Positions 27,951 to 36,235 of a stretch of 48,837 bases of DNA are shown here, one piece after another. This DNA comes from Myxococcota bacterium (GTDB lineage Bacteria; Myxococcota_C; UBA6777). The stretch covers positions 1 through 48,837 of the forward strand of contig JAKLKB010000065.1 of assembly GCA_023150835.1 (NCBI GenBank), read 5' to 3'. Position 1 is the stretch's first letter, and the number at the start of each line of letters is the position of its first letter. Position numbers and translations under genes: made by a program. Below the pieces are notes generated by a model, which had not been told where the DNA came from, ran no database searches, and saw only the letters and a list, made by a program, of their open reading frames with translations.

Positions 27951-28514
27951 ATGGAATTTTTGCGAACCCACTTTTTTGGGACGGATCTGGTCGTTGGATT
28001 TTCTTTCCCAGTGTTTTTTTATTTCTTGTACAAAACAGGACATATCGAACGATGGGTTTGGACGTTTTTTTGGGTAGGCGTTGGGATCGGCTTGTTGTGG
28101 GAAATCCCGATCTTTTTGTTGAGCGCAGAGAACGCAAGATACCCGATCATTCGATACCTTCAACCATTGCCAGTCCATCACCTGATCGTGATGTTCTGTC
28201 ATGCGCTGTGGGATGGCGGACTTTTTCTGATGGGAGTTGGCCTTGTTTTTCTTTTTTCGCCATCTGCGCTCAGGCGGTTCTCTTGGAAGGAACTGGCGAT
28301 CTTTTTGGCATGGGGGCAGATCTCGGCACTGTCCGTTGAATTGTTAGGCATTTTCAATGACGGATGGGCCTACATCCCGGGCTATTGGTGGAATCCAACG
28401 CTTTTTCAAGTGAAGCAACAATCTCTCACTTTGTTAATCTTCTTTATTTGGTTGATGGCTTCTCTTGCGTACTACTTTCTTCTTCTGCGATTTCACCAGA
28501 AAAAGCGGATGTAA
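27951..28514 (+). CDS. Hypothetical multi-pass membrane protein
   Basis: 187 aa, ~5 hydrophobic helices, WE and HALWDG motifs; same strand as upstream cluster. Confidence 0.7.
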   Translation: MEFLRTHFFGTDLVVGFSFPVFFYFLYKTGHIERWVWTFFWVGVGIGLLWEIPIFLLSAENARYPIIRYLQPLPVHHLIVMFCHALWDGGLFLMGVGLVFLFSPSALRRFSWKELAIFLAWGQISALSVELLGIFNDGWAYIPGYWWNPTLFQVKQQSLTLLIFFIWLMASLAYYFLLLRFHQKKRM

Positions 28515-28524
28515 GAGTGGCTTG

Positions 28525-28637
28525 TACGGTATCCGAATGATCTACGCAGCAAAGGATAGTGCGCAAACGCCCTGTTGTTGGGCAGCCACGGGGGGCTACC
28601 CTTACGTTTTACGAATATGCGATGGGTGAATTTCGTA
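28525..28637. mobile_element. Degenerate MITE family B copy
   Basis: TACGGTATCCG ... GAATTTCGTA; GGGCAGCCACGGGGGGCTACCCTTAC. Confidence 0.6.
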
Positions 28638-28762
28638 TGATATGGAGAAAAACGAGGGCGGGGTTGGGGATTTTTTCGGAAAGTGCCTTGTGTAAAAGTA
28701 GCGTGGTGGAGAAACGCTTACTGGTCAGCCCGTAAAGCCCAAGAGCTTCAGCCTTGGGTGGT

Positions 28763-30085
28763 TCACAGGTAGCGCTTGGCCCAAGAAGGGATGGGACGGC
28801 CAAGATCGCGATCGGCATCGGGTCGGCTGCCGCTTAGGCCATCACCGCCCCAGCCGTATTCGGAGACTTGGGAGCGGGCGGAACGGGAGAGGTCGCGGTC
28901 GCCGATGGCGATGGCGTGGATGTGGGGGGAAAAGGTGTCGTGTCCGCGTCCACGGCTCCATGCGGCGAATCCTGCTTGGCGGAGACTGCGCACCATGTCG
29001 TCGACAACACCGCGTGAGTGCATGACGGTGCGGATATCAAGGGCACCCCCGCCGTCGTGGGTGCCAGCGCTTCCACGCACGCCGCCCGGGTTATAAGAGC
29101 CTTGGCTGAAAGAGAATTGGAAGTTTTCGTGGCCGTGTTTTTTTTCCATGATCTCTTCGGCACGACGGATCATCTCGACGGTGCGTTTGTTCATGGCGAC
29201 ACCGCGAAAGTTGACGTGGCTATAATCGGCGGTGGGGGGCTTTTGGTCGAATTGTTCAAATCGGCTGAGGGGGGTATCGGGATTTTTGAGGACTTCTTTT
29301 CCTTTTTCAAGTGCGGCCCATGTTTTGGGTCCGACGTTTCCGTTGACAGGGAGTCCTGCGTCTCGCTGAAAGTCTCGCACAGCGCTTTCGGTTTTGGGTC
29401 CAAAGTCGCCGTCGATGGGGCCGGGATTGAAGCCGAGTTTTTTGAGTCGGCCTTGGAGTGTTTCGACGTGACGGCCTTTCGCGCCTTCTTGGAGCGTGAC
29501 GTCGGGCGCATCAAAGCCGTCTTTGGGAGCGGAGGAGGGAGTGGGCTGTGCTGGTGTTGGTTGTGTCGGTGGATGGGGCGCATTCGGTTTGGCTTTTTCG
29601 AGGGCAGCCCATGTTTTGGGTCCGACGATGCCGTCGACGTATTCGCCCGCGTCTCGTTGGAAGGCTTTGACCGCTTTTTCAGTTTTGGGTCCAAAGTCGC
29701 CGTCGATGGGTCCGGGATCGAAGCCGAGCTTTTTGAGTCGGCCTTGAAGGGTTTCGACGTGTTGGCCCTTTGCGCCTTCTTTGAGAGTGACGTTGGGTGC
29801 GTCAAATCCCGATTTGGCGGAGGCTGCGGCGGTGCGTGATCGGGCTTGTGCGGCAGGTGTTTGAGCGAAGCCTTGGGGTGCGGGTGCGCCGACAAGATCG
29901 CGCTGAAGGGCGGGAGCCGCAGCGGGTGGGGTGGGGATGGGGGCGTGAGGGGCGTGAGGGTGATCGTGGCCCTCGTGGTGTTTGGGCGTGGGATCGGGGG
30001 GCGGAGCCAGTTTGCGTGGTTTGGCGATGGAGTCTGCTTGGGGTAGCGGCTTGCGTTCGGGGATGTGGGGGGCAGGTATCTTCAT
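28763..30085 (-). CDS. Peptidoglycan-binding protein (2x PG_binding_1) with M15-like Zn peptidase domain
   Basis: Two LKEGAKG..LQGRLKKLGF.PGPIDGDFGPKTE.AV..FQ..G.VGPKTW repeats; C-terminal QGSY..THDGGGALD..GFAAW.R..HIHAIAIGD. Confidence 0.82.
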   Translation of the reverse strand: MKIPAPHIPERKPLPQADSIAKPRKLAPPPDPTPKHHEGHDHPHAPHAPIPTPPAAAPALQRDLVGAPAPQGFAQTPAAQARSRTAAASAKSGFDAPNVTLKEGAKGQHVETLQGRLKKLGFDPGPIDGDFGPKTEKAVKAFQRDAGEYVDGIVGPKTWAALEKAKPNAPHPPTQPTPAQPTPSSAPKDGFDAPDVTLQEGAKGRHVETLQGRLKKLGFNPGPIDGDFGPKTESAVRDFQRDAGLPVNGNVGPKTWAALEKGKEVLKNPDTPLSRFEQFDQKPPTADYSHVNFRGVAMNKRTVEMIRRAEEIMEKKHGHENFQFSFSQGSYNPGGVRGSAGTHDGGGALDIRTVMHSRGVVDDMVRSLRQAGFAAWSRGRGHDTFSPHIHAIAIGDRDLSRSARSQVSEYGWGGDGLSGSRPDADRDLGRPIPSWAKRYL

Positions 30086-30322
30086 GTTGCGCTCACTTTG
30101 TGTTTTGTGGGTTGTGGTGAACAGGCTGGGCTGTTGTTGTACGCGAGTCTATTTTTGCTGATAACGTACCGAGATAGCAAGGATTTTCTTTTGCACATTA
30201 GTGAGGTAAATGAAAAAACGCAGGCGGATGTAATCTTTGGGAGAGAAAATGCAACGTGTTCTATTTCCTTGATCTTCATGGGATTGTTGGTATTGAAGCG
30301 CGGAGCGTTGTGATTGGAAAGC

Positions 30323-31315
30323 TCAAAGAGGGGGGGCGCAAGTGGTGTGGACGTCGATGCGGGCGGGGCGTGCGTGGTGTTGGGGCTGGGTGGGATGTGT
30401 GAGGGTGGTGGATGTGTCGCTTTGGAAGCCGCGCCAGTGGGTGCGTTGTGGGAGGCCGCGATAGGTGAGGTGGACGGTGCCTTGGTAGGAGCTTTGGCTT
30501 TGGATTGTGCGCTTTGTGTCGGAGCAGCGGGTGTTTTGTCGCAAGGTACTTTGGAGGGAGAGGTGGTTTTGTTTGAGGCGATGGAGTTTGTATTGAAGGG
30601 AGTGGACTTGGGTGCAAGGAAAAGAGCCGTTTTGACGGGAGGTGTGTTGGTAGCGCCAACGTCGCAAAGGTCGGTGGGGTGGGGCGGGCCAGCGCAAGAA
30701 GATCAGTTGGATGGCGCGTTCGGTGGCTTTTTTGTGTTTGTTGGTGTGTTCGGCGGGTTGGCCGTAGTGGATGGTGCGGATCGTGTTGTGGGGGTCGAGG
30801 TGGACGCGCCACATCGCGCCGATGTAGACGGCCAGTAAGCCTTTGAGCGTGTTGTTGGCGGGGCGGCCCATCACAAGCAACGGGGTGTATTCGATGGTTT
30901 GCCCTTCGACGATATAGCCCGTTGCGTCGGAAGAAACGACGGCCATTTGATAGGCCGCTCGGATATGGAGATGTGGTGTGGTGGAGGCAGCGTGTTTGGA
31001 AGGAGCGGAGGGAAGGGCGTGTTTGGAAGGAGCGGAAGGAGCAGGAGATGGTGAAGGAGCGGGAGGAGCAGGGGATGGTGAAGGAGCGGAAGGAAGGGGG
31101 GCGTAGATCTGTGTTTCGATGCGTGTGGTGCAGAGGGTTCCGACAGGAGGAAGGGGTGAAGGTGGTGCGGGGCGGCTGGTGGATTGGGCGTTTGAGGGAA
31201 AAGGAAGAAGCAGCGCCGCTTTGGAGAGGAAAAAGCACAGAGCGAAGGAGGGAGGGATTCGAGCGGATATCAGGCGGCTGCGGAAGAAAGGGGCCGGAAG
31301 CAAGGTGGCGTGCAT
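30323..31315 (-). CDS. Hypothetical secreted protein
   Basis: GGAG SD before ATG 31315; signal-like ..LLLPFPSNA; in-frame 27-bp Pro/Ser/Ala repeats (~30990-31097); beta-rich C-terminus. Confidence 0.55.
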   Translation of the reverse strand: MHATLLPAPFFRSRLISARIPPSFALCFFLSKAALLLPFPSNAQSTSRPAPPSPLPPVGTLCTTRIETQIYAPLPSAPSPSPAPPAPSPSPAPSAPSKHALPSAPSKHAASTTPHLHIRAAYQMAVVSSDATGYIVEGQTIEYTPLLVMGRPANNTLKGLLAVYIGAMWRVHLDPHNTIRTIHYGQPAEHTNKHKKATERAIQLIFLRWPAPPHRPLRRWRYQHTSRQNGSFPCTQVHSLQYKLHRLKQNHLSLQSTLRQNTRCSDTKRTIQSQSSYQGTVHLTYRGLPQRTHWRGFQSDTSTTLTHPTQPQHHARPARIDVHTTCAPPL

Positions 31316-31351
31316 GAGGGGTCTCCGTGGTGGTTGGAGCGTGGTGGCTGA

Positions 31352-31463
31352 TACGAAATCCGCAGGGTGTGTGATCGTAAAACGTAGGGGCAGACAGGTG
31401 TGGCTGCCCAACCGTAGGGCATCTACGCACGATCCTTCGATCACATATCTTGCGGATATCGTA
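31352..31463. mobile_element. MITE family B copy
   Basis: TACGAAATCCGCA ... TGCGGATATCGTA; GTAGGGGCAGACAGGTGTGGCTGCCC; clearly homologous to 47061-47180. Confidence 0.8.
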
Positions 31464-31530
31464 TGACTTCAGAGAGAAAGCCGATCGAGACGAGATCCAA
31501 GATGACAAAATCGGACGAGATCTAAGATGA

Positions 31531-31660
31531 CAAAACCCCGGTGTTCGCGAGATTTCAAGCGACAGAGCCGTTTGTTTGAAAAGCGATGGTCGTTTCGCCG
31601 ATACGGGGTCAAGGGGGCTGCGACCCCTTGCGGGGTATGGGGCAGCGCCCCACAAAAAAC
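31531..31660 (+). mobile_element. MITE family A core
   Basis: AAAACCCCGGTGTTCG..TTCAAGCGACAGAGCCG..ACGGGGTCAAGGGGGCTGCGACCCCTTG..TGGGGCAGCGCCCCACA. Confidence 0.75.
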
Positions 31661-31728
31661 AAACCGACTGCATCGCAGCGATCACAGCTCGTTTGCAAGC
31701 TGTCTCCAAAGGTCGGGAGTGGGGGGAG

Positions 31729-33465
31729 TCACGCGGGCTTCAGCAGACGGAGTTGGTGACGTGCGATACGGCGATTGAAGTAATGCAGTTGTTTGAGGAT
31801 ATCAAGGCTGTCGATCTCGAGGAGGGCGGGATCTTGTTCGAGGCGTTCGGGGTGTTGTTTGAGGCGGGTGATGCTTTCGATCTGGGCTTGTCGTGCGTAT
31901 TTGTCGATTTGATCGCGTAGATCGATGACTTGTTGAGCGGCTTGGGCGTCTTTTTCGGTGACGGCGCGGAGAGTGAGTTGGGTGGAGTTCATGAGGCGTT
32001 TTTGGATCTCGACAAAAAGGTCGGTGGGTTCGTGTTCTTTGGTTTTTCGGCGTTGGTGAGCGGCGTGTTCCCAATCAAGGCGCAAGAGTTCTTGGGTGAT
32101 GCGCGAGGCCATGCTTTGGTAAGTGTTGATCACGCGGATCAAGAAGAGGAGTTCTTCGGTTTCGGAGGCGTTCATCTTGTGGACGCCGAGGCGAGAGATC
32201 CAAACGGACATTTTTTGGTGCATGTGTCCGATGCGACCGCCGATTTGGCGCATTTGTCGGATGGCGGCATCGGGTTGTGGGCTGTGGAGTTGTGGGATGC
32301 GTTCGATCATGGAGATGACGCGCTGTCCGTAGCGCAAGATCTCTTTTCGGATCATCACAAGGGCGGTGCGGGCGTCTTTGAGATAAGCATCTTTCATATA
32401 GCGGAGATCGTCGTTTTCTTCGCTGTCTTCGGGTGGAGGGGGGGATATCTTGCAAGCCAACCACGCAAAGAAGGGGACAAAACCGATGAAGAGCGCGGCG
32501 CAGATCACATTAAAGAGGGTGTGAGCGTTGGCGATCTGTCGGGGGGCTTCGTAGGCGATGCGTGCGGCCCCTTGGAGGTGGTGGGCTTGGGGGGAGAGGG
32601 CGGCGACCAAGCGGCTAAAAGGCCCAAGGAAGGGCAAAAACAGCAGGACGCCGAGGGTATTAAAGAGGATGTGGACGATGGCGACTTGGCGGGCTTCAGC
32701 GGTTTGGCGCAAACTGGCGATCAGAGCGGTGACACAGGTTCCGACGTTGGCACCGAGGGCGATGGCAAGGCCGGCTTTGAGATCGAGTAGTCCTTGAGAG
32801 GCCAAGGCGATCACGACGCCGACGGTGGCTGCGCTGCTGTGGACGAGAGCCGTAAAGATCGCCCCTGCGAGCAAGCCAAAGGCCGCATAACGCATCTGGG
32901 CCATCCATTGCAGAAACAGCGGATAATGCTGGAGAGGCTGCATGGATTGGCTCATGATCTCCATGCCCACAAACAGCAATCCGAGTCCGAGCAGTGCGTG
33001 AAAAAGATGGCGGAGGCGTTCGGAAGGGAGAAAGACTTGGCCGGCAAATCCGATCGCAACCAACAGAAGTGCGTACTTGGCGATTTGAAACGCGGCAAGT
33101 TGGGCGGTGAGCGTAGAGCCGATGTTGCTGCCCATGACGATGGCGACGCTTTGCTGCATGGTCATCAAGCCCGCGCCAACAAAGCCGACCAACAACACCG
33201 TCGTGACGGTGCTGCTTTGGGTGAGTGCTGTGGCGATCGTGCCTGTGAGAAGCCCTGCGAATCGGTTGGGTGTAAGTCGTTGCAAGGTGTCGCGGAGATG
33301 ATCGCCAGCTGCAGCTTTCAAAGACTCGGACAGGCGGTCCAATCCGTACAAAAAGATCGAAAGCCCGCCAAACAGTCCGATCAGCAACAAGTGCCATGTG
33401 ATGGATGTTTTCTGTGTCGTGGGCATCGTTGAGGCCCACCAAAAGGCCGCAGAGAAGGTCGTCAT
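31729..33465 (-). CDS. Na/Pi cotransporter family protein with PhoU-like C-terminus
   Basis: GGLSIFLYGL, TQSSTVTTV, GSNIGSTLTA, HSSAAT, GANVGTCVTA, IANAHTLFN; start uncertain (33465/33426). Confidence 0.9.
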   Translation of the reverse strand: MTTFSAAFWWASTMPTTQKTSITWHLLLIGLFGGLSIFLYGLDRLSESLKAAAGDHLRDTLQRLTPNRFAGLLTGTIATALTQSSTVTTVLLVGFVGAGLMTMQQSVAIVMGSNIGSTLTAQLAAFQIAKYALLLVAIGFAGQVFLPSERLRHLFHALLGLGLLFVGMEIMSQSMQPLQHYPLFLQWMAQMRYAAFGLLAGAIFTALVHSSAATVGVVIALASQGLLDLKAGLAIALGANVGTCVTALIASLRQTAEARQVAIVHILFNTLGVLLFLPFLGPFSRLVAALSPQAHHLQGAARIAYEAPRQIANAHTLFNVICAALFIGFVPFFAWLACKISPPPPEDSEENDDLRYMKDAYLKDARTALVMIRKEILRYGQRVISMIERIPQLHSPQPDAAIRQMRQIGGRIGHMHQKMSVWISRLGVHKMNASETEELLFLIRVINTYQSMASRITQELLRLDWEHAAHQRRKTKEHEPTDLFVEIQKRLMNSTQLTLRAVTEKDAQAAQQVIDLRDQIDKYARQAQIESITRLKQHPERLEQDPALLEIDSLDILKQLHYFNRRIARHQLRLLKPA

Positions 33466-33587
33466 CGAGTATCCGAGGTTGCTTGTTTGGTAAGAGGAGA
33501 TGGGGTTGCCTGCGTGACAACAGCGCGACATGATGAAGGCAAAAGGGTGTCGACGCAAGAGCAGGACGCGATGCGGCGGAAAGATGA

Positions 33588-33881
33588 TACGAGATCCGCC
33601 CGTTGTGTGATGGTAAGGATGTCGGGGCAGACCCCATAGGCGTTAGGTGAAGCGGAGGAAAGCCCCCCACCCCGCCCTCCCCCGTGAACAGGGGAGGGAG
33701 CGAAAGTCGGAAGCATCGGGGATTTTGTTTTTTCATGACGCACGCTGTATGCACGAGATGCAGACGCTGCCCGTTCGGTTTCCACCTTAACAAGGCGCGT
33801 ATGGGGGCAGACCCCTGTGTCTGCCCGATTGTCGGGCGTCTACGCACTCTCCTTTGTGGTGTACATCATTTGGATATCGTA
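33588..33881. mobile_element. Expanded MITE family B copy with nested inserts
   Basis: TACGAGATCCGC ... TGGATATCGTA termini; GGGGCAGACCCC repeated on both sides of an insert ending TTTCCACCTTAACAAGGCGCGTA; internal CCCTCCCCCGTGAACAGGGGAGGG palindrome. Confidence 0.7.
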
Positions 33882-34871
33882 TTAGCTGCGTCGTGCGTGG
33901 AGATAAAAGCGCCAAGGTGCGGGATAACCTTCGGCGGTAAGGGAAGGATCGTGCGGGTCGAGGAAGTCGGCGAGGCTGTCGATATCGGCCCAAGGGGTGC
34001 GTCGTTGCTCTTGGGTGGAGAGGGGTGCAGCGAAGAGGCAGCGCAGATCGGTAAATCCAGCGCGCAGCAGCCAATTTTCGAGGCAGCTTTGTGTGGGCAA
34101 GAACCAGATACCACGGGCTTTTGCGTAGCGTTGTCGTGGCATCAGGGCGACGGGATCGTCTCCCGGGATGCCTTGGCAGTCGACGATGATCTCGCCTTGG
34201 GGTGTGAGGGCTTGGTGCATCTTGCGCAAGAGGCCGATGGGATCGGTGTGATGGTAGAGGATACCGAGGCAAAAGATCGTGTCGAAGAAGCCGGTGAACA
34301 GGTCGGTGTGTTCGACGCCGAAGAGTTCAAAGTGAAGGTTATCGAGGCGGGTCCATTGTTGGAGAAGTTGAAAGGCCCAGTAGTGCTTGGCGTAGGGTTC
34401 AAAACCGATCACGCAAGCGGGATCGTGTTGGGCCATTCGAAACATAAAGTAGCCGTTGTGACAGCCGATATCAGCGATGCGTTTGTTTTGGAGGGAGACA
34501 TGAGGGGCGATCCGCGACCACTTCCAATCGGAGCGCCATTCGGCGTCGATAGTGGTTCCAAACAGCGTAAAGGGGCCTTTTTTCCACGGTCGAAAGGTGT
34601 CGAGGGCTTGTGCAAGGAGAAGATGTTGTGACTCGGAGAGGTCGGTGCTTTGGCCGATGGATACGCTGTCTTGGTCGAGTTGCAGGCAGGACGGTGAGAA
34701 GTGGCGTGTTTGGTAGGCGACTGTGCGGCTGTGTGCGAGGTTTGGAGCGTCGAGGAGCGCGTTGCGTTGTGTGCGCAGGTGGCGGATCGCTTCGTGGTGG
34801 AGGGCGTTTTGGGAACATTGTTCGAGATAATCAGGGGCTTGGTATCCGCGATATGCTGGGGGGATCTGCAT
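33882..34871 (-). CDS. cmoB: tRNA U34 carboxymethyltransferase
   Basis: PWKKGPF..IDAEWRSDWKW, DIGCHNGYFMFRM, FDTIFCLGILYH, EQRRTPW, TAEGYPAP; follows cmoA. Confidence 0.93.
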   Translation of the reverse strand: MQIPPAYRGYQAPDYLEQCSQNALHHEAIRHLRTQRNALLDAPNLAHSRTVAYQTRHFSPSCLQLDQDSVSIGQSTDLSESQHLLLAQALDTFRPWKKGPFTLFGTTIDAEWRSDWKWSRIAPHVSLQNKRIADIGCHNGYFMFRMAQHDPACVIGFEPYAKHYWAFQLLQQWTRLDNLHFELFGVEHTDLFTGFFDTIFCLGILYHHTDPIGLLRKMHQALTPQGEIIVDCQGIPGDDPVALMPRQRYAKARGIWFLPTQSCLENWLLRAGFTDLRCLFAAPLSTQEQRRTPWADIDSLADFLDPHDPSLTAEGYPAPWRFYLHARRS

Positions 34872-34880
34872 GGTTTTTCT

Positions 34881-35027
34881 CTCACAGAGGCCGCGTTTCG
34901 GTAGCCATCGAATGGACGGATGTTGTAGAGGATGGGCTTTTGTCTCACAGAGGCTGAGTTTCGGTAGACGTCGAATGGACGGATGTTGTAGAGGATGGGC
35001 TTTTGTCTCACAGAGGCCGAGTTTCGG
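34881..35027. repeat. 63-bp tandem repeat x2.3 duplicating the cmoA stop region
   Basis: CTCACAGAGGC..GTTTCGG at 34881, 34944, 35007. Confidence 0.92.
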
Positions 35028-35787
35028 GGGTGGTTTTGCGTGCCACAAAGGTTGTGAAGCCGTGCATCTTGAGCAGGATATCGACTTCGCGAAAGCCCGC
35101 GTCATAGAGCATGGCGAGTTGTTCGTCTTGAGAGAGGGGGATCAAGACGTGTTCGAGGGCTTCTTTTTTGCGTTCGATCTCGCTGCGTGCGTAGCCATTG
35201 CGTTCTTTGAAGGCTTCGTAGTGGCGGGTGATCGTCTCTTGAAAATGCGGCGAGTGGCATTTGACTTTTTCGCTCAAAAACAACAATCCCCCTGAGAGAA
35301 GGCCATCGAAGACAGAACGCAATAGCGTGGTGCGTTGGTTGATCGGCAAAAATTGGAGGGTGTAGTTCATGACGACGACGCTGCTGTCGGCAAAAGAGAA
35401 CAAGTTGGCGTCGAGGCAATGGAGTTCGACTTTGTGGTGAGAGGCGATGTGGGCGAGTTTTTCGCGGGCTTTGTCGATCATGGGTTGGGCGTTGTCGAGG
35501 CCAACGAGGATGGCGGGGGATTTGAGGAAGCGGCCAAGCAACTCAAGAAAAGTGCCTGTCGAGCAACCGACATCGACGATGCGGGTGTGGGGTTGGTGGT
35601 AGTCTTTGGCCCAATGCGCAGCACAAGCGACGACTTCGCGGTACATCGGGACAGAGCGCGAGACCATATCATCAAAGACGCGGACGACTTCTTCGTTGAA
35701 GGCGAAGGGTTTGGGCCAAGGGCCGCGCTCAAAGAGTTCGTCTTTTTCGGAATCGAGGTAGAGTTGGGCGGGCGCTTTTGGGTCCAT
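35008..35787 (-). CDS. cmoA: Carboxy-S-adenosyl-L-methionine synthase
   Basis: FAFNEEVVRVFDDMVSRSVPMY, DVGCSTG, NYTLQFL, LSEKV, FKERNGYARSEIERK. Confidence 0.94.
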   Translation of the reverse strand: MDPKAPAQLYLDSEKDELFERGPWPKPFAFNEEVVRVFDDMVSRSVPMYREVVACAAHWAKDYHQPHTRIVDVGCSTGTFLELLGRFLKSPAILVGLDNAQPMIDKAREKLAHIASHHKVELHCLDANLFSFADSSVVVMNYTLQFLPINQRTTLLRSVFDGLLSGGLLFLSEKVKCHSPHFQETITRHYEAFKERNGYARSEIERKKEALEHVLIPLSQDEQLAMLYDAGFREVDILLKMHGFTTFVARKTTPETRPL

Positions 35788-36235
35788 CGAAGTCTTGGTC
35801 TCCGCGTCTCGGGCGATGCGTCAAACTGCGCAGCGCAAAGGTTGGGTTCAATCAAAGTCTTGGTTTCTGTGTATGGAGCAAGAGGTCTTTGTTTGTGGGC
35901 CGGGCCTCGGTGAGTGGATGGAGATTGGCGTACGATGAAGATCGTGTCAACTCTAAGGGGGCCGCGATTTGATGGGAGCGGATACGGGCGGAGATTCATG
36001 TGCGAGAAAGCCTCGGGTTGTCAACCCCTGTGGGGTGTGAGAGGGCGGTGGGAGGCGGTGCATCGTTGGAGCGCGTGTTGGAGGGTGAAGGGACGGGCAA
36101 TTGTGCGCACGTTGTTGACGCAAAGGTGAGGATGCAACATGGTAAGAAGTTGGATCGCAAAGTTTGCGGGACGTGCCGTATACGGGACGGTACGCAAGGA
36201 TGGATTGTTCCCCCTCTACGCTGGAGATATCGTTG

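Noticed and set aside
34872-35105. N-terminal extension of cmoB
   Set aside because: Comes from the 63-bp repeat and overlaps cmoA
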